Shown piece by piece: positions 8,280 to 17,786 of a stretch of DNA of 64,000 bases; the stretch's first letter is position 1; each line of letters opens with the position of its first letter. Made by a program: the position numbers and the translations under genes. The notes below the pieces were generated by a model, which saw only the letters and a list, made by a program, of their open reading frames with translations, ran no database searches and was not told the origin of the DNA. The stretch is from NCBI GenBank assembly GCA_963674745.2, contig CAXXDV010000003.1:2336001-2400000 (forward strand), in the 5' to 3' direction. The stretch is from Desulfosudaceae bacterium. GTDB lineage: Bacteria > Desulfobacterota > Desulfobacteria > Desulfobacterales > Desulfosudaceae.

Positions 8280-8546
8280 GAAAATATATTTTATAGTGAT
8301 TCACAAAAATTTGCAGGGCTTTTCGTTACAAAGTTTTGCAAAAAATTACAGAAACCGATTTTCATCTTTTCCGGATTGACTGGCGAATTCAAAAAATCTA
8401 ATTTTTGGCTGATCAGAAACGCATGATCTGATCGATGCCGGTGGTTCATTCGCAAAGATGAAAAATATATCTTTTTTCCCCTTTGTTTCAAATTCATCCT
8501 GCCAAAAATTATCGAGTAGCTCGATTTTCCAAAAAGCGTTTTATAC
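8280..8546 (-). other. cassette 8: probably gene-less (doubtful 68-aa ORF 8291-8497)
   Basis: The ORF has no recognisable features. The cassette contains the palindrome ATCGAG-TAG-CTCGAT (8511-8525). Confidence 0.5.
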
Positions 8547-8672
8547 GCACAACGTCTGCAGCCAAAGTAGCCAGGGCTTCCAGTGACTGACTTTAAGGTG
8601 GTTGATGTTCAATTTCCCCCGAATGTTCAAAAGCCGAATGCCCTGGCTATCATTTGGGCTGCTTGGTTAAGT
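8547..8672 (-). repeat. attC site (family A', 126 bp)
   Basis: GCACAAC...GTTAAGT, almost identical to 10516-10641. Confidence 0.93.
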
Positions 8673-8952
8673 GCCCGCATTATTCAGAAAGACTTAAACG
8701 ACAGCATGGGCAAATAAAATAAAATGTTATTTTTCTTTTTACGCTTTGTCCATCATGAACTTATGAAAACGGGTAGGTCTCTTTTCATCCGGACAAATAA
8801 AGGCGCATTATCACTTGGCCGCGCCAGTTCGAAATTACAATTTATCTTTACTGGACAAAAATATCAACTTGGTGACAATTACCATTTTGGCAACGAATGT
8901 CGATTTCAGCCCAAATTCTTTTTTTTATTTTTTTCCCGTACAGAATCAGTGC
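8673..8952 (-). promoter_or_regulatory. cassette 7: gene-less cassette copy A with sigma70-like promoter TGGACA-N17-TAACAT (8752-8724)
   Basis: No cassette-strand ORF. Near-identical to 10642-10921. Confidence 0.65.
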
Positions 8953-9079
8953 ACTTAACGTCTGAAGCCAATGGCAGCAAGGGCTTCCACTGACTTGGTT
9001 AAAAGTTTTATTTGTTCAAATTCCCCGATTGTTCAAAACCCGAGTGCCCTTGCTGTCCACTTGAGATTCATTGTTAGGT
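8953..9079 (-). repeat. attC site (family A, 127 bp)
   Basis: ACTTAAC...GTTAGGT cores. Confidence 0.93.
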
Positions 9080-9091
9080 TTCGCAGTGGCA

Positions 9092-9457
9092 TTATTTTTG
9101 TAATCTGGCTTCAAAAGCAGTAACTCTATCTTGGTCAATCAGATATACAATGTCATTTTCAAATTTCACAATCCCTTTTTCGATAAGACGATTTATTACT
9201 GCTTTACCTTTTTTCTCTGACAAAGCGCCTATAATTTTTTTAAACGGCATCTTACATCCATTTTTCTTTAGGTCATGAATAAATAATTCTTCCCCTAACA
9301 TGCGATACCAGAAAAAGATTAAGACGACGTTTGTTGCTAACAGAATTATCGCAAAAGTGAATTTCTTCGCGACTAATAAAAAGACAAAGAATATGGAAAT
9401 AAGTACGATAGAAAAAGAGAGCTTTTGTGTTTTTGTCTTTAAAATAAAAAGTCGCAT
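9092..9457 (-). CDS. cassette 6: membrane protein with possible C-terminal winged-helix-like segment
   Basis: Two TM segments, then AVINRLIEKGIVKFENDIVYL. Confidence 0.7.
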   Translation of the reverse strand: MRLFILKTKTQKLSFSIVLISIFFVFLLVAKKFTFAIILLATNVVLIFFWYRMLGEELFIHDLKKNGCKMPFKKIIGALSEKKGKAVINRLIEKGIVKFENDIVYLIDQDRVTAFEARLQK

Positions 9458-9473
9458 TCTGTAATTTTCTGAA

Positions 9474-9597
9474 ACCTAACGTCCGCCACCACCGGCGAGC
9501 AGGGAATGGTGACTATTGCAAAGCCACGTTAACACCAGACCACGAAATTTAAAAAGCAGCCCGCCCCTGCGAGTCCGTGTGAGTGGCGTTGTTAGCT
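9474..9597 (-). repeat. attC site (family B, 124 bp)
   Basis: ACCTAAC...GTTAGCT cores. Confidence 0.93.
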
Positions 9598-9602
9598 CTT
9601 TT

Positions 9603-9968
9603 TTAAAATAATTTTATACTGTATCGGTCTACCAACATTAGAGCACCCAAAAGCGAAATCCCGCCAAATGTTAAATTATAAAGAAACGCCCAGCTAAAAT
9701 AAACAAGGGCATCTCTTCTGCTTCGTTTGGTTGTGATATTTAAAACTTCTGCAACTAAAGTAATTGCGAGAACGATTACGAAAAGCAATGCGCCACTCAA
9801 CAAGATTATTCCGAGCCACAAAAGAGCGGCTGGGAAACCTGATTTTATCCATGCGATGATGAACGCAATGCCAGAGATCCATCCCACCGATGCAAAACTC
9901 CAGATTGCCCCCAAAATCATTCCTTGATGCAAGCTGATTCTTCGTTCAATTTTCTCTGGAGTATCCAT
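9603..9968 (-). CDS. cassette 5: three-TM membrane protein
   Basis: 121-aa hydrophobic ORF that fills the cassette. Confidence 0.75.
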   Translation of the reverse strand: MDTPEKIERRISLHQGMILGAIWSFASVGWISGIAFIIAWIKSGFPAALLWLGIILLSGALLFVIVLAITLVAEVLNITTKRSRRDALVYFSWAFLYNLTFGGISLLGALMLVDRYSIKLF

Positions 9969-9975
9969 ATTGTAG

Positions 9976-10102
9976 AGCTAACGTCTGAAGCCAATGGCAG
10001 CCAGGGCTTCCACCAGCTTGGTTAAAGATTTTGGTTGTTCAATTCCCCCGATATTTCAAAACCCGACTGCCCTGGCTGTCCACTTGAGCTTCTTGGTTAT
10101 AC
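9976..10102 (-). repeat. attC site (family A, 127 bp)
   Basis: AGCTAAC...GTTATAC cores. Confidence 0.93.
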
Positions 10103-10501
10103 GCCTAATTTATTATTTTCGACTTTATCAAGAATATCCTTTATTAACGAAGGGTCCTCTGCCCAGAAAGGTCTTGGAATTTTAACGACCGATTTATTTG
10201 TGTCGTCCTTTAGTTTTATGAATAGAAAAGGATTAAGGCTAAATGTTTTTCTTGCATTTGATAATTTGACAGTTCCTCGTCCTAAATACCAGTCTATGGC
10301 TTTTATTTCGTCATTTCTCATAACTGACTCCATGCGTAGCATAGCATTTAAAGCCGCTATGATACCGGATAATAGTGCTATAAACCCGATAAAGGGTATG
10401 TCGAGTCCACATTCACGACCAGCGAAAATAATAACAATCGAAACGGATAGTGCAGAGCCTAAACCCAGTTTCCAGGCGTTAAAATTTATATAGTTTCTCA
10501 T
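10097..10501 (-). CDS. cassette 4: two-TM membrane protein with soluble C-terminal domain
   Basis: ATG 10501 lies after R' and the stop lies in R''. Confidence 0.72.
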   Translation of the reverse strand: MRNYINFNAWKLGLGSALSVSIVIIFAGRECGLDIPFIGFIALLSGIIAALNAMLRMESVMRNDEIKAIDWYLGRGTVKLSNARKTFSLNPFLFIKLKDDTNKSVVKIPRPFWAEDPSLIKDILDKVENNKLGV

Positions 10502-10515
10502 TTTATTTGTATAGC

Positions 10516-10641
10516 GTATAACGTCTGCAGCCAAAGTAGCCAGGGCTTCCAGTGACTGACTTTAAAGTGGTTGATGTTCAATTTCCCCCGAAAGTTCAAA
10601 AGCCGAATGCCCTGGCTATCATTTGGGCTGCTTGGTTAAGT
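10516..10641 (-). repeat. attC site (family A', 126 bp)
   Basis: GTATAAC...GTTAAGT cores. Confidence 0.93.
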
Positions 10642-10921
10642 GCCCGCATTATTCAGAAAGACTTTAACGACAGCATGGGCAAATAAAATAAAATGATATT
10701 TTTCTTTTTACGCCTTGTCCATCATGAACTTATGAAAACGGGTAGGTCTCTTTTCATCCGGACAAATAAAGGCGCATTATCATTTGGCCGCGCCAGTTCG
10801 AAATTACAATTTATCTTTACTGGCCGAAAAATTCAACTTGGTGACAATTACCATTTTGGCAACGAATGTCGATTTCAGCCAAAATTCTTTTTTTTATTTT
10901 TTTCCCGTACAGAATCAGTGC
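10642..10921 (-). promoter_or_regulatory. cassette 3: gene-less cassette copy B with sigma70-like promoter TGGACA-N17-TATCAT (10721-10693)
   Basis: No cassette-strand ORF. Duplicate of 8673-8952. Confidence 0.65.
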
Positions 10922-11045
10922 ACTTAACGTCCGCCACCACCGGCGAGCAGGGTTTGCGGACTCCGCTAAAGTGAGTTTAACTCCAAATTACGCCAATACA
11001 AAAACAGCCCGCCCCTGCGAGTCCGCGTGAGTGGCGTTGTTAGAT
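10922..11045 (-). repeat. attC site (family B, 124 bp)
   Basis: ACTTAAC...GTTAGAT cores. Confidence 0.93.
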
Positions 11046-11073
11046 TTATTTATAATTTTAAGGATAGAATAAG

Positions 11074-11445
11074 TTACTCTTTTTCTTTGTTGGCGTTATC
11101 TAAACAGGACGTAGTTTTGTGCTTTAAAGGTTCTATTTTTTTATATCTTTCTTCCAACCAGCTCTTATCTCGACCTTCCTCGATAAAATTCATTACTACA
11201 CCAAATCGAATATGCATATTAGTTTTAAGAGAATCCGTAATTTGTTGATCCGTGCCTTTATTCTTTTTTTCATATTCTATTGATTCAAGCACATTCAGGC
11301 ATAATTCTGCTTCCCCATTAAACTGCCCTTTGTTGTATCCATATTTTTCACCATCACTGTATGCTTTTAAGTAAATGGCAACTATAGAGACACTTTGAAT
11401 TATGATAACTAAAACCAAGCATTTTATTATATTATTTGTTTTCAT
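11074..11445 (-). CDS. cassette 2: membrane-anchored hypothetical protein
   Basis: GGAG RBS, N-terminal TM segment, 123 aa. Confidence 0.75.
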   Translation of the reverse strand: MKTNNIIKCLVLVIIIQSVSIVAIYLKAYSDGEKYGYNKGQFNGEAELCLNVLESIEYEKKNKGTDQQITDSLKTNMHIRFGVVMNFIEEGRDKSWLEERYKKIEPLKHKTTSCLDNANKEKE

Positions 11446-11455
11446 AGCTCCAGTA

Positions 11456-11584
11456 ATCTAACGTCTTCAGCCAAAGGGCGCCAGGGCTTCCTCCGACTGA
11501 CTTAAAGATGGTTAAAATTTCAACTCAGCATGGCTGTTCAAAACCCGGGTGCCCTGGCGATCCTATTGCGCTGAATTGTTCGGT
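11456..11584 (-). repeat. attC site (family A'', 129 bp)
   Basis: ATCTAAC...GTTCGGT cores. Confidence 0.93.
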
Positions 11585-11591
11585 GCCGATT

Positions 11592-12002
11592 TTAGTTTCC
11601 GAAAAACAACTCTTTTGTCTCATAAAGCTTAGAACTATGTTTCCATCCAGACTCATGAGGTGGATCAGGGAAAGGGGCCTTTGCATAACCACAAGATTCC
11701 TTGAAATTAAATACAGCATGTGGAACTTGATTGATCAATAAGGCTGCTGCAGAAAAATCCCTCGTCCATATAATTTTAATCATGGATGGTTTATCTCGGT
11801 CTATTACATCCTTAACATTGTATATATGTAGAGCATCTACGAAAAATTGACCAGAGAGAGAATAATCTCGCGCATAAAAATAGCCTGTCTCACCATCATC
11901 TTCAAAGACAACTCCACGAATCCCATCAGATGTATCCGATTCAAGGACGATTTCTTCCCCGACCACGATTTCTTCTTCTACACCCAAAAATGGTGGCTTC
12001 AT
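11592..12002 (-). CDS. cassette 1: DUF2251-family protein
   Basis: VVFEDDGETGYFYA...DALHIYNV...I.W...A.LLIN..PHAVF motif. Confidence 0.85.
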   Translation of the reverse strand: MKPPFLGVEEEIVVGEEIVLESDTSDGIRGVVFEDDGETGYFYARDYSLSGQFFVDALHIYNVKDVIDRDKPSMIKIIWTRDFSAAALLINQVPHAVFNFKESCGYAKAPFPDPPHESGWKHSSKLYETKELFFGN

Positions 12003-12010
12003 ATTTTATG

Positions 12011-12075
12011 CACCGAACAGTGTAATAAATGGAAAATTTTTCCATGTTATTGACTCATATATGTGGAAAATTTTC
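12011..12075 (-). other. attI site (crossover G/TTCGGTG at 12018)
   Basis: CACCGAAC (12011-12018) matches cassette 1 R'' (gttcggtg 11578-11585). No attC palindrome upstream, and the site is adjacent to intI. Confidence 0.8.
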
Positions 12076-12218
12076 CATTTATTACTATTATTAAAGGGGT
12101 AAACGTGGAAAATTGTCCGCATTATTTTCCACGTTTGCTTTTTCCAATATATTATTCTTGTAATTTTCCATTTATTACCATATTAAAGGGGCAAACATGG
12201 AAAGTTGAAAGGGTCATC

Positions 12219-13211
12219 ATGGAAGATAAACCCAAATTCCGCCCCAATCCCCAGTTGAAATTGCTCGATCAGGTCCGCCAGGTCCTTCGATATCATCATT
12301 ATGCCTATAGCACGGAACACACCTATAGTCACTGGATCAAACGTTACATTTATTATCATGGTGGTAAAACCCATCCCCGTGAATTAAACGAGAAAGACAT
12401 TGAAAATTTTTTATCGCATCTGGCTACAAATGTCAACATTGCAGCTACGACCCAGCGACAGGCATTGAACGCCCTGGTGTTTTTGTACCGTGAGGTGCTG
12501 GATATCCCGCTGACGAAAAAGATTGCGCCGGCCAAGGTAAAAAGGCAAAGCCGACCTCCAACGGTCTTAACACAACAGGAGACCGCCCGGCTTCTGGAGC
12601 AGATGACCGGCACCAATGCGCTGATGGTCAAACTGATGTATGGTTCCGGTATGCGCCTGATGGAATGCATCCGTCTGCGAATTCAAGATATTGATTTTGG
12701 TCAGGGGAAAATTTTCGTGCGGGGCGGTAAAGGGGGGAAAGACCGGGTCACTCTGCTGCCGTCAAATATCCAGGAGAAACTCCAGCATCATATTGGCCGG
12801 GTAAAACAATTGCACAGGGACGATCTTGAAGCGGGTTACGGCCGGGTGTATCTGCCCGGAGCGCTGGCCAAGAAATACCCTGACGCACCAACCAAAATCG
12901 GCTGGCAGTATGTTTTTCCGGCCAAAGAACGATCGTTGGATCCGCGTTCAGGTAAAATACGACGTCATCATGTATTGGGATCCACCCTGCAGAAGGCCAT
13001 CCGCACGGCTGTACGTCGGGCCAGAATAGACAAACGGGTTTCAAGTCATACCCTGCGGCACAGTTTTGCCACCCATATGCTTGAAAACGGGGTTAATATA
13101 AGAGTGCTGCAGGAGCTTCTGGGGCATGCTGATGTGAAAACCACCGAGATTTATACCCATGTGATGAGAAAAGATATTGACGGCTTGAAAAGCCCGTTGG
13201 ATCTGCTTTAA
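12219..13211 (+). CDS. intI: integron integrase (tyrosine recombinase)
   Basis: LLDQVR..LR..HY...TE..Y..W, YGSGMR, GKGGKDR, IntI-specific insert VYLPGALAKKYP...WQYVFP, HTLRHSFATH, LLGH...TTEIYTH. Confidence 0.97.
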   Translation: MEDKPKFRPNPQLKLLDQVRQVLRYHHYAYSTEHTYSHWIKRYIYYHGGKTHPRELNEKDIENFLSHLATNVNIAATTQRQALNALVFLYREVLDIPLTKKIAPAKVKRQSRPPTVLTQQETARLLEQMTGTNALMVKLMYGSGMRLMECIRLRIQDIDFGQGKIFVRGGKGGKDRVTLLPSNIQEKLQHHIGRVKQLHRDDLEAGYGRVYLPGALAKKYPDAPTKIGWQYVFPAKERSLDPRSGKIRRHHVLGSTLQKAIRTAVRRARIDKRVSSHTLRHSFATHMLENGVNIRVLQELLGHADVKTTEIYTHVMRKDIDGLKSPLDLL

Positions 13212-13261
13212 AAAACCATGGGTTTGGATCTCAAATTTGATTAAGGGGGTTTGTGCGTAAT

Positions 13262-13310
13262 AAAAAAAAGGGCGATGACGATTAATAAAGAACCGTCATC
13301 GCCCCTGTTT
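13262..13310. terminator. probable bidirectional intrinsic terminator between intI and htpG
   Basis: GGGCGATGACG/CGTCATCGCCC stem flanked by an A-tract and TGTTT. Confidence 0.75.
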
Positions 13311-13324
13311 CGGTCAACATATAA

Positions 13325-15277
13325 TTATTCTTCTGTGGTCTTCGCTGTCTGCGCCATCAGGTCGCCCACAATCTTCGACATTTTGGACGGGTCAGCCACC
13401 CGGCCGCCTTCACCGATCAGGGCCAGGTCGTAAATCAGGCCGATGTATTCGCCCAGCCTGGCGTCGTCCTTGTCCTTTTCAAACACATCGTTGATCATGG
13501 CAATGGCCGGATGATTGACGTTGATTTCCAGGATGCGCTTTGTTTCCGGCATGGACTGGCCCGAGGCCTTCATGATTTTTTCCATGTAGGCGCTCATGTC
13601 ATAGGTATCACCGGTCAGGCAGGCCATGGACTCTTTCAGGCGGGTCGACGGCCGGACTTCCTTGATCTTTTCTTCCAGGTTTTTCTGCATATGTTCAAAC
13701 AGCTTGCCAAAGCTTTTTTTCTTGTCTTCATCCACCTTGTCCAGATCCAGGTCACCCTTTTCCGCGCTGATTAATTTTTTGCCGTCATACTCGGGCAATG
13801 ACGAAACCACCCACTCGTCCACCGGATCGGTCATCAGCAGGACCTCAAGGCCCTTGTCCTTGAGCTGTTCCAGGTGGGGATGGTTTTTAAGGGATTCAAG
13901 GTTGTCGCCGGTAATGTAATAAATTTCCTTTTGATCGTCTTTCATGCCGGCCACGTAATCCTTGAGGCTGACCCATTTGCCTTCGGACTGGGTGGTCTGA
14001 TAGCGCAGCAGGTCGGCGATCCTGTCGCGGTTGGCAAAGTCGGTGTGCATGCCTTCCTTTAACACCGGGCCGAATTCCAGGTAAAACTGCTCGTATTTTT
14101 CCGCTTCCATGTCGGTCAGCAGGCCCAGCATTTTTTTAACCAGGTTCTTGCGGATGTTGCGGACCACCGCGTCCTGCTGGAGAATTTCGCGGCTGACGTT
14201 CAGGTTCAGGTCGGGCGCGTCCACCACGCCTTTGACAAACCGGAGGTATTCGGGGAACAGCTCCTGGCAGTCGTCCATGATAAAAACCCGCTTGCTGTAA
14301 AGGGACAGGCCGTGTTTCTTGCCGGGGTGAAACAGCTCAAAAGGGGCCTTGGAGGGGACATACAGCAGGGCCACGTATTCGGTCACCCCTTCCAGCTTCA
14401 TGTGCAGATGGGCCAGGGGCGGGTTCCAGTCGTGACTCAGGTGCTTGTAAAATTCTTCGTGTTCTTCTTCGGTGACGTCATCCTTGTCTTTGAGCCAGAT
14501 GGCCTTCATGGAGTTCAAGGTTTCTTCTTTGACCACTTTTTGGGTCTGGCCCTCGATCTTTTTGCCGTCACCGTCGACCAGGGCGTCGGCGTCATCCACC
14601 GGTTCTTCGCGCTCCACATCCATGACAACGGGATAGGCCACAAAATCCGAGTGTTTTTTGACGATATGACGGATGGTGTATTCCTCGGTAAAGTTATCCG
14701 CTTCATCATCACCTTCGGGCACGGGTTTCAACTCCAGGATGATGCGCGTGCCCCGCTCCGGCTTTTCCACGGTTTCAATGGTATAGGTACCGTCCCCGGC
14801 GGATTCCCAGCGCACGGCCTGGTCGGCCGGCGCACCGGCCGCGCGGGTGATCAGGGTGATCCTGTCGGCCACGATAAAGGCGCTGTAAAAACCGACCCCG
14901 AACTGACCGATCAGTTCCGGCGAGAGGCCTTCACTTTCCTGGGCCTGCTGGATGGCTTTCATGAAAGCGCCGGTACCGCTCTGGGCAATGGTACCGATAT
15001 TTTCAACAACATCGTCCCGGGTCATGCCGATGCCGTTATCGGCGATTTCAAGGGTGCGTTTATCGCCGTCCGGAATAAGCTTGATTTTAAATTCCGTGTC
15101 GTCACCCAGGGCTTCGGGCTCGGTCTGGGCCTTGAACCGCAGCCGGTCAATCGCGTCCGACGCGTTGGAAATCAGTTCCCGGAGGAAAATTTCACGGTTG
15201 GAGTAAAGAGAATTGATAATCAGGTTCAGGATCTGCTGGTCATCGGTCTTGAATTGAAATGTTTCTTTTCCGGTCAT
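13325..15277 (-). CDS. htpG: molecular chaperone HtpG (Hsp90)
   Basis: [38 protein letters not shown]. Confidence 0.98.
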   Translation of the reverse strand: MTGKETFQFKTDDQQILNLIINSLYSNREIFLRELISNASDAIDRLRFKAQTEPEALGDDTEFKIKLIPDGDKRTLEIADNGIGMTRDDVVENIGTIAQSGTGAFMKAIQQAQESEGLSPELIGQFGVGFYSAFIVADRITLITRAAGAPADQAVRWESAGDGTYTIETVEKPERGTRIILELKPVPEGDDEADNFTEEYTIRHIVKKHSDFVAYPVVMDVEREEPVDDADALVDGDGKKIEGQTQKVVKEETLNSMKAIWLKDKDDVTEEEHEEFYKHLSHDWNPPLAHLHMKLEGVTEYVALLYVPSKAPFELFHPGKKHGLSLYSKRVFIMDDCQELFPEYLRFVKGVVDAPDLNLNVSREILQQDAVVRNIRKNLVKKMLGLLTDMEAEKYEQFYLEFGPVLKEGMHTDFANRDRIADLLRYQTTQSEGKWVSLKDYVAGMKDDQKEIYYITGDNLESLKNHPHLEQLKDKGLEVLLMTDPVDEWVVSSLPEYDGKKLISAEKGDLDLDKVDEDKKKSFGKLFEHMQKNLEEKIKEVRPSTRLKESMACLTGDTYDMSAYMEKIMKASGQSMPETKRILEINVNHPAIAMINDVFEKDKDDARLGEYIGLIYDLALIGEGGRVADPSKMSKIVGDLMAQTAKTTEE

Positions 15278-15367
15278 GTTTTACCTCGTTCTATTTTTCT
15301 GGTTTATCTCACGATTAATTTCAGCAAAATATTCGAATCACTTTCCATTAATTCAATGGTTTTGAAA

Positions 15368-15453
15368 AGGGTTCGAGAGTTCAAGGGGCCAAGTAAAGAA
15401 AGACCCCCCTCTTGCCCCCTTGAATCCTTGAATCCTTGAATCCTTGAATCCTT
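15368..15453. repeat. octamer microsatellite (CCTTGAAT)x4 with degenerate inverted counterpart upstream
   Basis: Four tandem copies at 15418-15449 and GGTTCGAG/AGTTCAAG at about 15370-15385. Confidence 0.8.
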
Positions 15454-15548
15454 ATAAACCAACTGAATTGGAAAAAATCTAATTTTAAAAAATGTGCATT
15501 AATGACGGATTGTCAAGGCCCGCTCAATTGCAACCGACTCAATTAATG

Positions 15549-15588
15549 AAAAAAAAGCCCGGATACCGCTTCCGGTACCCGGGCTTTG
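15549..15588 (-). terminator. intrinsic terminator
   Basis: AAAGCCCGG/CCGGGCTTT stem followed by a T-tract on the - strand. Confidence 0.8.
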
Positions 15589-15612
15589 ATCATATTTTAA
15601 AAAATTATCGGC

Positions 15613-17424
15613 TTACAGGAAGGCCTCTTCCGGCATTTCCATGACGGCCTTGTTCAGCGCTGCCACACCATCCATTTTCCCCATAGTGGCCGGGAAAAGA
15701 GAGGTCAGATAGAACTGGGCCGTTTTGATCTGTCCGGTGTAAAAAGCCTTGTCCTTTTCTTTGACCTTGTCGTTCTGCAGGGCTTCTGAAGCCACCGCCG
15801 CCCGCCACAGGTGCATCCAGGCCATAACCACGTCGCCGACCACTTCCATGAACGGGGTTGCCGAAGCAAAGGCATCCAGGACGTTTTCGGACATGGCGGT
15901 CTTGCCGATGGCCATGGCCACTTCGCCCAGGCGTTTGACCGCATTTTCCACGTTCTCGGCCCCGTCTTTCAGGCCCTCAAGCTGTTTGGCTTTGGCCGCC
16001 GCGCCACCAACTTCACCCAGAAAATCCATGAACGGCTTGCTCTTGTTCATGCCCAGTTTCCGGGCCAGCAGGTCCATGGCCTGAATACCGTTGGTGCCTT
16101 CATAGATACTGGTGATCTTGCAGTCCCGCACCAGCTGTTCCTGGGGGTATTCTTTGATGTAGCCATAGCCGCCGTAAACCTGGCAGCCCATGGCACAGAC
16201 GTCAAAGCCCTTGTCGGTGCAGTAAGCTTTGACCACCGGGATCAGAAATTCGATCAGGCCCGTATATTTTTCTTTTTCCGCCTCATCCTCGGTTACTTCC
16301 ACCCGGTCAAAGCAATGGGCGACAAAATACAGCATGCCGCGCATGCCTTCCACGTAGGATTTCATCCAGAGAAGCTGGCGGCGTACATCCGGATGTTTGA
16401 TAATGTTCACGCTGGGGGCTTCGGCGTTCATGAAATCCAGCAGTTCCCGGCCCTGAATTCTCTCTTTGGCGTAAGCCACGGCATTGGCATAGGAGGTGGC
16501 GCCCAGGGAGTAGCCCTGCACACCCACGCCGAAACGGGCTTCGTTCATCATCAGGAACATGGTTCTCATGCCCTTGTTTTCTTCGCCCAGCAGGGTACCG
16601 ATGCAGTTGCCCTTGCCGCCCAGGGTCAGGGAACAGGTGGCATTGCCGTGAATACCCATTTTTTCCTCGATGCCGGTACAGACCACATCGTTGAACTCGC
16701 CCAGGCTGCCGTCCTCGTTAACCCGGTATTTGGGTACGACAAACAGGGAAATCCCCTTGGTACCGGCCGGCGCGCCTTCGATCCGGGCCAGGACCGGATG
16801 GATAATGTTTTCGGCCAGATCATGCTCGCCGGCGGAGATAAAAATCTTGTTGCCGGAGATGGAAAAGGTGCCGTCATCATTTCTGACCGCGGTGGTGGTC
16901 AGGGCGCCGACATCGGACCCGGCGTCCGGTTCGGTCAGCAGCATGGTGCCGGCCCACTTGCCGGCATACATGTTTTTGACATAGGTTTTTTTCTGCTCTT
17001 CGGTGCCCACGGTTTCGATCATTTTAGCAGCCCCGTGGGTCAGCCCGGGATACATCATAAAGGCCATGTTGGCGCCGGAGAAATACTCGGCCGCCGCCAG
17101 GTTCAGGACGTTGGGCATGCCCTGGCCGCCGAACTCGGGATCTTCGGAAGCGCCGATCCACTCGCCTTCACAATAAAGGTCATAAATTCGTTTAAATGAT
17201 TCGGGAACCTTTACCTGGCCGTTTTCAAACGTGCACCCGCTATCACCATCCTCGTTGGTGGGCAGTATTTCCTTTACGGCCAGGTTACGGGCCTCGGTAA
17301 CCACCATATCCATGGTTTTTCTATTAAAATCAGCAAATTTTTCGTACTTTGACAGTTCTTCGGCTTTCAGCATTTCATGCAGGACAAAATCGACATCCCG
17401 ACGATTGGAAAGTGTACCAGCCAT
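15613..17424 (-). CDS. acyl-CoA dehydrogenase (long, ~600 aa type)
   Basis: MLLTEPDAGSD, GNKIFIS, EEKMGIHG, QVYGGYGY, IYEGTNGIQ. Confidence 0.95.
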   Translation of the reverse strand: MAGTLSNRRDVDFVLHEMLKAEELSKYEKFADFNRKTMDMVVTEARNLAVKEILPTNEDGDSGCTFENGQVKVPESFKRIYDLYCEGEWIGASEDPEFGGQGMPNVLNLAAAEYFSGANMAFMMYPGLTHGAAKMIETVGTEEQKKTYVKNMYAGKWAGTMLLTEPDAGSDVGALTTTAVRNDDGTFSISGNKIFISAGEHDLAENIIHPVLARIEGAPAGTKGISLFVVPKYRVNEDGSLGEFNDVVCTGIEEKMGIHGNATCSLTLGGKGNCIGTLLGEENKGMRTMFLMMNEARFGVGVQGYSLGATSYANAVAYAKERIQGRELLDFMNAEAPSVNIIKHPDVRRQLLWMKSYVEGMRGMLYFVAHCFDRVEVTEDEAEKEKYTGLIEFLIPVVKAYCTDKGFDVCAMGCQVYGGYGYIKEYPQEQLVRDCKITSIYEGTNGIQAMDLLARKLGMNKSKPFMDFLGEVGGAAAKAKQLEGLKDGAENVENAVKRLGEVAMAIGKTAMSENVLDAFASATPFMEVVGDVVMAWMHLWRAAVASEALQNDKVKEKDKAFYTGQIKTAQFYLTSLFPATMGKMDGVAALNKAVMEMPEEAFL

Positions 17425-17490
17425 AACCTTGTTCTCCTTTTTCTAAAATTCCAGATTATTCTATAATCAATCAACAATAAACGATTGTAA

Positions 17491-17508
17491 TGAATGAATA
17501 CTCATTCA
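17491..17508. promoter_or_regulatory. palindromic operator TGAATGA-N4-TCATTCA (TetR-type)
   Basis: Perfect 7-bp arms just downstream of a - strand TTGACA (17534-17539). Confidence 0.55.
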
Positions 17509-17786
17509 CTATATAGGTCATACACGTCTGCGGTGTCAAGAATAAATTATAAGTATATGTTTGTTTTGACAAATCCATATTCATATAAAACTCAAAAAAG
17601 TGAATAATACGTCAGATTGGGCCTCGACCTGGATTTAAAAAACCTGCGTCTGAAACAATTCGAGCCATTGATCGGTTTGGTCATTCCGTTCAAAAACCAA
17701 TAAAATACCAAAAAGAAGAATAGCATCAGAAAAATTATTGTGATAGATTATAGATTCCTTCGAACCTGCCGGGGAGAGTAACCCAA

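Larger units (their letters stand above)
663..13211. mobile_element. integron: intI + attI + array of at least 19 gene cassettes (cassettes on - strand)
   Basis: Integron integrase diverges from an array of small AT-rich units separated by imperfect palindromes bounded by RYYYAAC/GTTRRRY-like cores. Each cassette's R'' core is the exact complement of the bases following the upstream crossover. Confidence 0.97.

Noticed and set aside
8724..10974. Near-identical + strand ORFs 8724-8993 and 10693-10974
   Set aside because: They are antisense to the array, lack an RBS and stop only inside the neighbouring attC. Their similarity follows from DNA duplication.
974..11584. Regularly recurring repeats read as a CRISPR array
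   Set aside because: The repeats are about 125-bp imperfect palindromes with GTT/AAC cores, separated by 270-500 bp units beside an integron integrase. There are no cas genes, so they are attC sites.
1770..11741. Recurrent short peptides such as TSEANGSKGFH, MAARAST and PGCPLEL
   Set aside because: These are translations of attC repeats, not a peptide family.
12049..12064. Resemblance of attI-proximal ATTGACTCATATATGT to the IS right end TATTGACTC...CTCATATGTG
   Set aside because: The match is short, AT-rich and gapped, and both may simply contain a -35 box. That is not enough to claim an IS scar.
12063..12218. 52-codon N-terminal extension of IntI with repeated NFPFITI
   Set aside because: It is a translation of the regulatory repeats. 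Integrase-like sequence begins near ATG 12219.
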